Origin: Octopus vulgaris
Taxonomy: Eukaryota
DNA length: 64,000 nt
Direction: 5' to 3'
NCBI GenBank assembly: GCA_951406725.2
Contig: OX597814.1
Coordinates: 11,408,001 to 11,472,000, forward strand
Shown here: one piece after another, positions 1 to 12,392 of the stretch
Numbering within the stretch: the first letter of the stretch is position 1
Layout of the letters: each line of letters begins with the position of its first letter
Position numbers and translations under genes: made by a program
The notes under the pieces: model-generated
What the model was told of the DNA's origin: nothing
Database searches by the model: none
Seen by the model: the letters and a program-made list of their open reading frames with translations, nothing else

Positions 1-1540
1 CCATTTCCGGTTTTACTCATCCACAGCCATCTTTTTTCTCTGTCTGTCTTACCTTCAACATCCCTATGAAATTCACCATGCATTCTTTTCTTTATCCATC
101 AATTTTCAGTTCAATCGTTTTGAATTGCTTGTACAGTGCTTTATCTTTACAGTCTTTCATCCTGCACAAACTTGACCTTCTTACTTCTAATAATAGCGGT
201 TCTGTGGCATTTTTACATACCATGCTATGTTGTTTTCTTCTGCTCTCATGTTGTGTTCCCCTTCCCCTCTTTTTTCTTGGTACATACAGTCTGTCTGTGT
301 CACTTTTTGGGAGGAGTGTCCCATATCTAGTTAGCAACTTCCTTGTCTTTCTATCTAAGCTGTTTAGTTCGTCTACTGTCCATGCGATTACCCCTGCTCC
401 ATATCTAAGGAGTGAAACCGCCCAAATATTGAAAGCTTCATTCTTATACCGTCCGTTTAATTTCGACGTAAAGATCAGTCTCTCTCTGCGCAAGTACTCC
501 ATCTTACATTTTTCTGTCATTTCTTTCTCCATCAATTTGTCTATTTCCAAAATCCCAAGTACTTATAGCCCGTCTCTTCTATCTGCTTCATAACCGCCCC
601 GTCCATACATTTGATTTTTTCCTCTCTTCAAGACTAACACACCACACTTTCTCAGTCCGAACTCCTTTCTGATATCAGCACTGATACACCGTATCAACGA
701 GGGAACTGATGTGGGCTTCATCTTTACCTTAAAGTTTGAGATCATCCATGAATAACAAATGGTTGACTTTTTGTTGGCGGCCTTTGAATACATACTCAGC
801 TTTTGCTTTCCTCAGTATCAGTGATAGTGGCATCAAGCATAGTACAAAGACCAGTGGGGACAGGCAGTCCCCTTGGAAGATGTCCGACCTAATTTCTACT
901 GTCCCTAAACTTCTTCCGTATGCTGTCAGGTCCGTCCTCTAATTTGCCATATTTTTTCCAAGCAATCGCACAACATTCGATGCAATACCAAATAGGTTCA
1001 TACACTCTATAATCCAAGAATGTGGAATCATATCGTACGCCTTACGATAGTTGATCCATGACATGGCTAATTTACTTCCTCTTGCAGTTTCTAAGTACAG
1101 TTTTGTCTATCAGGAGTCGATCCTCCGCGCTTACGCTTGCAACCCTTCTGCTCATGTGACAGGACTCCATTTTTTTCCAATGTTCGTGCATTGACTCTGC
1201 GAGTATTCCAGTCAATAACTTCCACATAAGTGACAAAAAGGATATCGGCCTGTAATTGTCTACCGTATTGCCTTTTTCGATGTTTTTCAAGCACAGCACT
1301 ATCCTACCCAATGTCAACCACTCTGGTGTTACTTGGTCAGCATTTAACTAGGTGTTGAGTTGCGCAGCTATTCGTGCATGATATTCACCAAATCTTTTGA
1401 TCCAGTAGCCTTGAACTCCATCTGGTCCCGGCTACTTCTAGTTGCTCATTTTTTTTTTTTTGCTAATTTCCTAACTGAAATGACTAGTTCTGCCTGTTTT
1501 GGACAGACTACTGTTTGCTTCAGTTCTTATAACCATCTAG
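1..1540 (-). pseudogene. Degenerate R4/Dong-like (RLE-type) non-LTR retrotransposon RT fragment
   Basis: Frameshifted minus-strand motifs: DNYRPIS..WKLLT, HEQKGC, INYRKAYDMIPHSWI, IFQGDCLSP, LFMDDLKL, FGLRKC, DRLYVPRKKRGRG. Confidence 0.8.
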
Positions 1541-2160
1541 CCTTATGTGGAATATAATTGCTTCTGTTTTTACCAGTGATTCATCCTCGTTGTTTTAGTC
1601 AGTTAGTGCTTCTGTGAGTCGTAGTTTTCTGCAAAATACCGAAATATTGTCTTTAATTTCATTCTGGTTAGTTCTTCGATGGATTGGTGCAATTTTTAAT
1701 CCTTCAGCTAGTATACCGATTTCTGTTGCAGAAAGAGAGTTTTCTAAGATAAATGTATTACTTTTGGTTTCTACAGTATGTTTTGTTCCAACGTGTGTCC
1801 CTGTTTCTCTCCACCTGGTCTAAAAAATGTTTACTGCAATTTGGTTGGAAAAATTTATCAGTATTATTAATTATAATAGGAATGCTGGGAGGCTGGTTTT
1901 GTTGTCTGGGTAAATTAGTCGGAAGTACGTGGTTCAAGTTTCTTCGTTAGAATAAATTGTTGGGGTTCTTAATTATGTTTGAGATGTTTGAGATATTGGG
2001 GGTTCTTAATTATGTTTGCTGTCTGGATAAATAGTTTGGAATTCCGTAGGTTGAGTTTCTTCGATGAGGGGTTGTTTCTAGTTACTGGAGAGAAATATTT
2101 ATTTATCCCCTCCCCGAAAGGTGAGCAATTACCTCCCCTGTTCCCAGCAATAACGATCAC
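1541..2160 (-). pseudogene. Possible Penelope-like element ORF N-terminal remnant
   Basis: Minus-strand translation ~1590-1760 reads LSATEIGILAEGLKIAP..NEIKDNISVFCRKLRL, resembling the LS.E..LL.KGL.F.P...F.R.LRL pattern upstream of PLE RT domains. Confidence 0.45.
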
Positions 2161-2482
2161 TAATTACCACCCCCTTTGAATTTTCTACTCAAATTATTCA
2201 TTCAAAAACTTCTCTACACACAACATGTACTAAAATCTTCTTAAAACGATACGAAATTATAATAATTTCAATCTCATGATTAGCGAAGGTGAAACCGGTC
2301 GACAACACAATATAAAATATATTAAAAAATATATTAAAACTATGTAAAGTGTGTGCATTTCTTTTTTATTTTATATATTTTTTGCATTACAACTCACCGC
2401 GCAGAGATAATCAAAATTTTTCCCATTTTGTTACTATGTATGTATGAGTGTGTGTATGTGTATCTATCTATAAACGAGAGTT

Positions 2483-2520
<38 letters not shown>

Positions 2521-3650
2521 CGCGCGTAGGTTCCTTAAGCATTCCAAAACCGACTTACCGATTTTGACGTATGGGAGATCAAAAGATTCAGTACTATTTT
2601 CACTTCCAACTAAACTTTATTTTCATTCATATATTTGCATTACAAAAATTTAACATTATAATCTTTTCTATAAGTCAACTATTGTAATCATTTTATACGA
2701 CGACGATGACCATGACGTCACATTTTCTATATGTGTGTGTACCGTAAAAGACATCTATCATCACGACACACACCTTCACTTATTCACTCTATCTCTCTTT
2801 CTTTCTCTCTTTCTCTATTTCTTTCTCTTTCTCGTACACACACGCACGCACACGTCCATTTCATATACATATATATACATCTTTCACTTTCTCATCTCCT
2901 TCACTTTCTGCTCTCTCTCCCCTTTTCGCTTTCTCTTTTCTTTCAATTTCTGCTCTCTTCAAAGCATAAACAAATAAATTTTTACGGAATGAGCGAGAGA
3001 AACATAGAATGAAAAAAAAGACAGAGACAAGAGAAAGAAACAGAGACAGAAAGGTGAAAGACAGGGATAGCAGGTGAGAGAGAAATGCTGATGTTTCACA
3101 CCCTATGTATGTTCTATAGGTGAAGGTGAAAGAAAGCCGGCACAAAAGAGGAAGAAAACAGGAGAGAAGGAGACGCTGAGAACCCTAGAAACGAGATAGG
3201 GTTGCACAATTTTCAGATCATTTTCACTTTCATCTCATGGTTCACGCGTGTGTAGAATTAGGCATTGTCTCTCTCTTTCAATTTCTCATTATAATGTACG
3301 GAGACCTTATGCTGTCAACATATTACAACTTCACTACATTTCCTTGCTTTGGAATTAAGAAAGAACTTCCTTTCACACACACACACAGTTCTGAATGAAT
3401 TATGTTATTTTTTGCTGTATGCTAAATTACCGTTCAAGTCCTATGGAAATTATCTTTTCCTATTCTGTCATTCCTGTTTGTGATGAGCGTATTTCAAAAT
3501 CTGATCTTCCATTTAAACTTACAAGGAAGTTATGTCAGAAATCCTGTCCTTTACCTGTTGTTTCTAGCATGTCCGAGATGACATTTGCATAATCCCCACC
3601 CCACTTATTTCTTTCCTCAATTTACTCACATTCATATGTTTTCCATACAG

Positions 3651-3759
3651 GAGATCTGCATTTCGCGAGGAAGCAGAAATACCCATGGTTGATATCAGGG
3701 TGCGCAGTGAAACCATCGTGAGTGGGAGAGCCCAAACTGTTGTTACAACATCTTTCTAG
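3651..3759 (+). CDS. Candidate terminal coding exon of an unidentified host gene
   Basis: Pyrimidine tract plus TACTCAC and ttccatacAG acceptor at 3650; open frame RSAFREEAEIPMVDIRVRSETIVSGRAQTVVTTSF*; AATAAA at 3776-3781. No homology recognised. Confidence 0.25.
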
Positions 3760-3880
3760 TTGAGCGACACTATGAAATAAAACGTATAGTTTTACGTGAT
3801 CGCGGGTTATCTCGCTTCAGCCCGTCCCTTGGTACTAATCGCAGACTACGAGAATGGTACTCCTGATGTACAAGCATTTA

Positions 3881-4296
3881 CCTATTTCTTTACTACCCAC
3901 AAGGGGCTAAACACAGAGAGGACAAACAAGGACAGACAAACGGATTAAGTCGATTAGATCGACCCCAGTGTGTAACTGGTACTTATTTAATCGACCCCGT
4001 AAGGATGAAAGGCAAAGTCGACGTCGGCGGAATTTGAACTCAGAACGTGGCGACAGACGAAATACCTATTTCTTTACTACCCACAAGAGGCTAAACACAG
4101 AGAGGACAAACAAGGACAGACAAATGGATTAAATCGATTATATTGACCCTAGTGCGTAACTGGTACTTATTCAATCGACCCCGAAAGGATGAAAGGCAAA
4201 GTTGACCTCGGCGGAATTTGAACTCAGAACGTAGCGGCAGACGAAATACCGCTAAGCATTTCGCCCTGCGTGCTAACGATTCTGCCAGCTCGCCCC
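3881..4296 (-). mobile_element. tRNA-headed SINE array (two units) with Tx1-like 3' tail
   Basis: A-box-like TGGCAGAATCG and B-box-like GAGTTCAAATT on the minus strand; ~180-bp unit repeated; same family at 17985, 20386 and 62010. Confidence 0.8.
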
Positions 4297-4893
4297 CTTA
4301 ACAGCATTTACCATTATGGCGTACGCATATCTCTTCATAGTGACCTTATTCGTCATTCTATTTACTGAAAGTTTTTGGCAATGGAAAAGTAGTGACATGT
4401 GCAGACCCAACCATTTGGAAGTGCAAAGTAAGTTACAACAACTTTCATCAGCCACATGTGCTCCAAACTATGCAAATCTGCAACGAGACTAAATAGTTGT
4501 CTGAGAGGTCATGGATGGAAAGTTAGAAACGCTATTGAGAACGTTAAAGCACGAGGAGACGACAATCATTTGTGAAGATGGAGCAATCACCATAAGTATA
4601 CGTATGTGTAAGTATCTGTGTGTGTGTGTTTGTGTGTGTGTGTGTCTGTGTGTCTGTCGAAATGCTGGTGATTTAATCATTTAGCAAGTCTTCCGGGATC
4701 CAAAGTTACATACAGATCAGCCTTATTCCTTCTTCGTGGTCAAAGAATATTTTTAGCGGTGAACATTCTGTTGTAAAAATTCGGTTAAGGTCTCTTGATC
4801 TTGGGATTAACGTTCTTCCTTTTCTTCCACCCGTCCCTTTCCTCTTCTGACCAAATCATGTAAAAGAAATTTATCATACGTATTTGTTATAAT

Positions 4894-4962
<69 letters not shown>

Positions 4963-5450
4963 CGACAGCTGAGTACCAACCATAAAATAAGCAGATTTTA
5001 TGAATAGTCTTCTTGCGTCCTTTATATCACTTTAGTGCTTTATTTTGATCAATACCATTTTCATTAAGTACCGATTTATTTATTTATTTATTTGCTTCTG
5101 GTGATACAAAATCTTGCACGTACTATTTTTCATTCTAGTAAGGCATCGAATTCAAACAGAACATTGCTTTTTAACCGTAGGTCCAATAAAAACAGTTTTT
5201 TAAAAATATTTTGTTCACTATTCTGCTTGTTGAGATTAATTTGACTGGAACCAAATCTGAGTTGTGCTCGCAAGTACCGAATTTTTCTTACTAAAATTTG
5301 CAGCCCCAAATTTTTTTTAATGATGGGTCCACTTATACACCAAGGTGGCTTTAGCGAATCAAAAATTCCATGTAAAATGCAACATGATTTAAAAAGATAA
5401 TGAAGACGTTTGAATATTTACACTACATGTTTACACTATATACTACGAAG

Positions 5451-5834
5451 GTGGAGGCGCAATGGCTCAGTGGTTAGGGCAGCGGACTCGCGGTCATAGG
5501 ATCGCAGTTTCGATTCCCAGACCGGGCGTTGTGAGTGTTTATTGAGCGAAAATACCTAAAGCTCCACGAGGCTCCGGCAGGGGATGTTGGTGATCCCTGC
5601 TGTACTCTTTCACCACAACTTTCTCTCACTCTTACTTCCTGTTTCTGTTGTACCTGTATTTCAAAGGGCCGGCCTTGTCACTCTCTGTGTCACGCTGAAT
5701 ATCCCCGAGAACTACGTTAAGGGTACACGTGTCTGTGGAGTGCTCAGCCACTTACACGTTAATTTCACGAGCAGGCTGTTCCGTTGATTCGGATCAACCG
5801 GAACCCTCGTCGTCGTAACTAACGGAGTGCTTCC
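5451..5834 (+). mobile_element. tRNA-derived SINE with 11-bp TSD
   Basis: A box TGGCTCAGTGG, B box GTTTCGATTCC, tRNA-like head; direct repeat ATACTACGAAG at 5440-5450 and 5835-5845. Confidence 0.88.
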
Positions 5835-6959
5835 ATACTACGAAGATTTCTATACCGGAAAATATATTATTTTTGTTGTTTTCTAGTTAGATTTTAACAA
5901 TCTCACCAGAAACCTCAAAATGATAATGTTCTTTTGTGGATTGTGACTAAATATGATCAGAATTTCAACTTTACTCATCTCAACCAATACTACACTTCTA
6001 ATATTCAAGAAAGTATAGAAATTTATTACTATAGACTGCTCTGAACACCCGTATTAAAACGCTATTTATTTTCTCTGTTTACTTATTTCCACTTTATTTC
6101 CTCTTTTTTTCGATTCCTTTTAAACCTATCTATTTATCTTATATGTTATTATTTTATCCTTATTATGAGTGATCATTGAATGCTTCCTGACCTAATTAAG
6201 GATTTTTTCTACTACTTAGTATATAAAATATTCTATAATCTCAAATTCTAAAAAGTCTAAATGATACTAGAATTATAGCTGTATCGTATTTCAAAGTAAT
6301 CTCTATTGTCATGTACCCTTAGATCTTATGGTCCCTCGTCTATAATATATCTAACACTGGAATCCTCAGTTCGCTTCACCCACCCGTATTGATAAATCCT
6401 TGAACAAAGTTGCATAGGAATGTCTACCTTGGATGAATATGCACTGCAACTGAACCAACTAAATGCACATAAATGCTAATTCAAAATATGTAAGGACACC
6501 TATCCAACAAAAACACGTGTCGGTTTGGAATTTAATAGGAATCTAATGAGAATAAAACTGAAATAAAAAATTTTGAAGATGTATAATTCTCCGTTCTTCT
6601 GTATCATGCCTTGAATATATTCTCTGTATGCTGAATGAAATCTAGTGAAGCGAACTCAGGATTTACCTATCGATTGAGGTACCGTGTAATTGTTTATCCT
6701 TCACAATTCCATATACTCCCTAGCATTCGACGTAGTTGGTCAGATCTGGATTTTATTAGAGTGTTAATTTGGTAACTCCTTTTCTTTTCCTTCCCAACAT
6801 AGCTACATATGAAAATGCTCTACAGAGTGAGTTAACTATCCGCTACCCAAGCTCATTCAACAAATATGCATCTCTACCCCTCACTCATACGGCCCCATGC
6901 CCTCTACCACCCCAGCAAATTAAAAGCAGTTTATTACACACCACTAGGCCTGTCCATTC

Positions 6960-8079
6960 TTCATCTAAAACAGTGTCCAGTTCATGTAGTGATGATGGTG
7001 GAGGATATCGATTCCTTAATTGTTTTTTTCAAAAAGTACCATAAATTTTCAATAATGATAAGATCTGGGGACTGTGGTGGCCAGATAAGTTGTTCGTCTT
7101 CACTAGAATGTTCCACGTGCCATTCAGTAACAACTTTAGCTGTGTCAATAGATGTATTGTCATCCTGAAAGATTGCATTTCCCTCCGGAAACAGTTCCAC
7201 AAACACAGGATGAATTTGATCAGATAAATTGCTTAAATTGTCTTAACTATTAATTCTGCCATGAAGAGAAACCATTGGACCGGCGGATTTCCAAGATATA
7301 GCCCCGCCAGATCATCTCAGATCCTCCTCCATGTTTAACAGATGGAAGAAGGCAGTCTGGATCAAATGCTTCTTTTTGGATGTCTCCACACGTATACAGG
7401 ACCGGTGGTCGGAAATAAGGTAAAGGATGACTCGTCCGTGAAAATAACATTCTTCCACTGCTCTAGGGACTAATTTTGTAGATTTTTACACCACTCTTAA
7501 CGCTTTGCAACGTTTGTTTTTGAAGTAGTGGTTTTCTGATTGCAGCCCTCCCGTGAATTCGGGCTTTGTGCAGCTCCCGGCGAACAGTTTTTGTGGAAAC
7601 TGAGTTCTTGAGGTGGTTATTAAGCTCTGCAGTAGTTTTGGGAGATGTACTTTTGTGATCCTTTCTAACAATTAGCATAAGAGTCCGACGGTCTCTATCT
7701 GAAAGTTTTGGTTTTCTTCCGGAGTTTTGTTTCGACGAGGAGGTTTTTTCCTTACTTTCTGAAAGGCTGTCATTACTTTCGAGACAATACTTCTTGATAC
7801 ATCAAACGTTTCGGCTGTTTTCGTAACGCTAGCGCCTGCCATACGAGCACCAACAATTTGAGCTCTTTGAAAGTCGGATAGATCTGTCATTTTAATGAAT
7901 TTTAATTACCTTTATCTGATGATATCTGATAAGAAGCAGCAATTTTAGCAAAACATATTAAGCAACACTAATAATAAATCAAAAAACATAAAAATAAACA
8001 AGCTTTTGACGGTTTTATAGGTATTTCAAAATTATGATGCTACGATGCTCGGTGTTTCCATTATTTTGCCCAACCTCTG
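6960..8079 (-). mobile_element. Degenerate Tc1-like DNA transposon
   Basis: Frameshifted transposase pieces: N-terminal HTH MTDLSDFQRAQIVG, GRAAIRKPLL, VKHGGGS.MIW, FQDDN, WPPQSPDL.IIENLW; TA-CAG..TTGGGCAAAATAATGGAAACAC terminus at ~8079. Confidence 0.85.
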
Positions 8080-8108
8080 TATATGTATATATATATATAT
8101 ATATATAT

Positions 8109-8210
8109 GGTTCCGGGTTCAGTCCCACTGCGTGCAACCGTGGGCAAGTGTCTTCTAATTTAGCCTCGCGCCGACCAAAGCCTTGTGAGTGGGTTTGGTA
8201 GACGGAAAAT
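8109..8210 (+). mobile_element. Truncated SINE fragment (family as 53124-53525)
   Basis: GGTTCCGGGTTCAGTCCCACTGCGTG..GGGCAAGTGTCTTCTA..GACCAAAGCCTTGTGAGTGG matches 53166-53260. Confidence 0.75.
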
Positions 8211-8510
8211 GCATATATGTACGTGCTTATATATGTACGTATATATGTGTGTGTATACTCACTTATATATGTATATCGGTATATACTTATACACGAGTGT
8301 ATGTATATATATTTTTTTTTCCACCCCTCTCCTCTTCAGCCTTCTTCTTCTTCTACCCTACCAAGAATTCACAACGACCTCGAACACACAAGTGCAAACA
8401 AGGGAGTCAGAGAAAGGCAGAATGCCACTTATATTTAAACACTACTATACAAATATTCTTTTAAAAAAACTTTTCTTCTAATTTTTCTAAATTTAATTAT
8501 TTAATCGTTA

Positions 8511-8548
8511 CAGTTGAAAAGGTCTCAAAATGACCGAAACCGGTACTG
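8511..8548 (+). ncRNA. Minimal hammerhead-ribozyme-like motif (degenerate core)
   Basis: CAG-TTGAAAA-GGTC(TCAAAAT)GACC-GAAA-CCGG-TA-CTG: stems I and II pair, palindromic CCGG replaces stem III; core deviates from CUGANGA. Confidence 0.4.
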
Positions 8549-8628
8549 AAATGTTCTTTATAAAATTATTTTAACATTTTCTATTTTGACTTGTTTTTTC
8601 ATATATATCAACTCGTGTGTTCCTTTTC

Positions 8629-8672
<44 letters not shown>

Positions 8673-8674
<2 letters not shown>

Positions 8675-10185
8675 TAAACGTTAAAAAAAACACAACCTGG
8701 GACAAGAACGTGAAACATTTTGAAGACGGCAAAAAAACACACAGACGGGACTTTCGAAGCTCTCAGTCATCAGTCAAGAACCAGATCATCTTCGCAATTT
8801 CGGCTGATTAATCTTGAGATTGCTCCAATCTGGGCAGCCAACCAAGGGAAATCTAAGCCAATCGCATTAGATTCCTTGGAAGAAAACCTCGAAAGTATAC
8901 AACACGGTGACGGAAAAACGGACGATGTTACACGAAAAAAAAAAAAATTCAAAAATACGTAAAAACAATAAAGAAAGCACGGATAAAAATACAAGATAGC
9001 GTAAAAACAATCATAACAAAACCAGGACGTCTCTCCTACTTTTCTCTGCCTTCACCCTTTTCACTCCCCTTGTTCTGTCTCTTTCCCTCTTTTTCTTCTC
9101 CTCCCTTGTTCCCCTTCTTTCTTTCTCTCTTCCTCCGTCCCTCCTCTCCCACATTTCTCTGCCTCTCAGACCTTATACCCCACTTGACCTGTCCCTTTCC
9201 CTCTCCTGCTTCTCTCTTCATCTGTCCCTTCCTCCTTTTTGTGCTCACGTGACCAGCTAGCTACTACTGCCTTTCGCATCAAGTAGTTGGCTTGACCACA
9301 CGTATGTGTTTGTGCTCCGTTTGCCTTCAGGCATTTTTACCACAGCCAGCCCTATACTCAACTCGTCCTGTCGAAAGACGCTTGTCCTGACGTCCTGGTT
9401 TTGTTATGATTGTTTTTACGCTATCTTGTATTTTTATCCGTGCTTTCTTTATTGTTTTTACGTATTTTTGAATTTTTTTTTTTTTCGTGTAACATCGTCC
9501 GTTTTTCCGTCACCGTGTTGTATACTTTCGAGGTTTTCTTCAAGGAATCTAATGCGATTGGCTTAGATTTCCCTTGGTTGGCTGCCCAGATTGGAGCAAT
9601 CTCAAGATTAATCAGCCGAAATTGCGAAGATGATCTGGTTCTTGACTGATGACTGAGAGCTTCTGTGTGTTTTTTTGCCGTCTTCAAAATGTTTCACGTT
9701 CTTGTCCCAGTTTGTGTTTTTTTTAACGTTTACCTATATACATGGCGGCTACGTACCCTACCCTTTAACCCTATACTGTAAGTATATTACTCTCTAACAT
9801 TGGTACGACTCTACTACTCTGTCTCTTTTTCCCCTCTCTCCTACTTTTCTCTGCCTTCACCCTTTTCACTCCCCTTGTTCTGTCTCTTTCCCTCTTTTTC
9901 TTCTCCTCCCTTGTTCCCCTTCTTTCTTTCTCTCTTCCTCCGTCCCTCCTCTCCCACATTTCTCTGCCTCTCAGACCTTATACCCCACTTGACCTGTCCC
10001 TTTCCCTCTCCTGCTTCTCTCTTTATCTGTCCCTTCCTCCTTTTTGTGCTCACGTGACCAGCTAGCTACTACTGCCTTTCGCATCAAGTAGTTGGCTTGA
10101 CCACACGTATGTGTTTGTGCTCCGTTTGCCTTCAGGCATTTTTACCACAGCCAGCCCTATACTCAACTCGTCCTGTCGAAAGACG

Positions 10186-10188
<3 letters not shown>
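8673..10188. repeat. Composite inverted plus direct repeat (A-B-A'-c-B) between (TA)n tracts, probably Penelope-like pLTR remnants
   Basis: A 8673-9031 is the reverse complement of 9389-9734; B 9031-9383 recurs at 9836-10188; near-identical duplicated ORFs in the track. Confidence 0.85.
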
Positions 10189-10240
<52 letters not shown>

Positions 10241-10290
10241 TATACATACATACATACATATGTGTGTGTGTATGTTTGTATGTATGTATA

Positions 10291-11557
10291 TCGGGTCATC
10301 CTATTAAATAATGCATTTTTTTTATACTTCTTTTATTTTTCAAAATTAAGATAAAGTTGTTTTTTAATCCAAAATATACTCTCCTTCATTTTCTACAATG
10401 CTTTTCCATCTACCTGGTGGACTTGCAAGGCCTCTCTTCCAAAATTCACTCGTCCGTGACGAAAAATACTCCTCCAGTATTGTTCTGACCTTGGGTACAG
10501 AATTCATATTTTTTCCGTTCAAATGATTTTGAAGACAGCGGAATAAATGATAACCAGATGGGGTAATGTCCTACGAATATGGTAGGTAGGGCATCATTTC
10601 CCATTGAAACTGATCCAGCCTTTGAGATGTCATCCTCACTGTATGTGGTCGAGCATTATCCTGATGGAAGAACACCTTTTGTCTTGAAACCAAAGATGGT
10701 CGTTTTTCTTCTAGTACTGACTTAAGCCGCCCAAGCTGCTCGCAGTAGATCTCCTTTGTTATTGTTTGGTTTGGGTTTAAAAGTTCAAAGGGGACTAAAC
10801 CTTTCATGTTCCACCAAACAGATAACAACACCTTACGTGGATGAAGACTTTCTTTAGCTTGGGGTGCTGGTGTTTCTCCTTTTCCTACCCACTGTCTTCG
10901 ACTCTTCACATTTTTATAGAGAACCCATTTCTCGTCACCAGCCACTATTCGGTCAAAAATGGTTCATTCGTTAGACGTGACAGCAAAGAAGAGCACACAT
11001 ACACTCTCTGCGCGTGATTAATCTCGGAAAGTTTGTGAGGAACCCAATGACCCAATTTGCTGACTTTTCCGATGGCATGCAGGTGTCAATGAATGGTTGA
11101 ATGACCAAATCCAAGCTTCTCTGCTATTTCCTCAACAGATACGATGGGATTTTGTTTCACCAAGGCCTGCAGGATGTCCTCGTCAAGCTCTACAGATCTT
11201 CCGGACGAGGTTCGTTTCCAGGTTGTAGTTTCCAGCTCGGAATTCCTGGAACCACTGTTGACACTGGGTTACGCTTATTGTCCTATCCCAATATACTGCA
11301 CCTTCCATTGCTTTGTTGCCTTTATTGAACTCATAAAGCAAAATATGCCGAATATGCACCTTTGTCACTTTCATTATAGCTTTGAAAAAATAACTGTTAA
11401 AATTGGACTGCACCCTTCGAAACTTGCACAAAGAATAAGTACAAGGTAAAATTACTACCTGCTTTTATAACAAGTTGATGTAGGTGGTTTATCTTATCCC
11501 CCTCTGACTTTTAGCTTATTCAGTTGAAAAAACTGCATTATTTATAGGATGACCCAC
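10291..11557 (-). mobile_element. Degenerate mariner transposon with TIRs
   Basis: TIRs GGGTCATCCTAT(T)AAATAATGCA at both ends in TA-rich flanks; motifs HIRHILLYEF, GDEKWVLY, HPRKVLLSVWW, HQDNARPHT, PYS; frameshifts and stops. Confidence 0.92.
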
Positions 11558-11583
11558 TATATATATAAATATAGATTGATAGG

Positions 11584-11630
<47 letters not shown>

Positions 11631-11725
11631 ACAGATACACACACACACACACGCACACACATATATATATTCACACGCATAATATATAGAAAATATGAGT
11701 ATATATGTGCTTGTGTGCACATAAC

Positions 11726-11758
<33 letters not shown>

Positions 11759-11778
11759 ATATATATATTTATATATAT

Positions 11779-11851
<73 letters not shown>

Positions 11852-12121
11852 CACATATATACAGACATATATACGCATTCCTATTATTCTCACCCATTTA
11901 ACCATCATCCATTCGCCCACACACAACAGCCAGCTTTCTCATCTATGTATATTCAAAAAAAGACTTTAATTTTTATTTCATCTCATTTTATTTTTATTTT
12001 TGTCTTATTTTACTTTTAATGTTATCTAAAACTCTTTGCCCTCACTCACTTTCACTCTTATTTGCTCTTTTCAAACTAAACCAAACATCCACTGACTCTT
12101 TCTATCTATCTATCTGTCTCC

Positions 12122-12185
<64 letters not shown>

Positions 12186-12190
12186 GTCTG

Positions 12191-12255
<65 letters not shown>

Positions 12256-12290
12256 TTATCTATGTCTGTCTATCTATCTATCTATGTCTG

Positions 12291-12339
<49 letters not shown>

Positions 12340-12392
12340 TTATCTATGTCTGTCTGTCTATCTATCTATCTATCTATCTATCCATCTATCTA
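11558..12392. repeat. Mixed microsatellites (GATA)n, (TA)n, (TATC)n
   Basis: Directly visible tandem repeats; no LINE insertion in these arrays. Confidence 0.95.

Noticed and set aside
2462-2720. Second Helitron 5' end (TCTATCTATAAACGAG...)
   Set aside because: No matching 3' hairpin-CTAG located
5451-5525. tRNA gene
   Set aside because: Imperfect cloverleaf, continues into a SINE body and is bounded by a TSD
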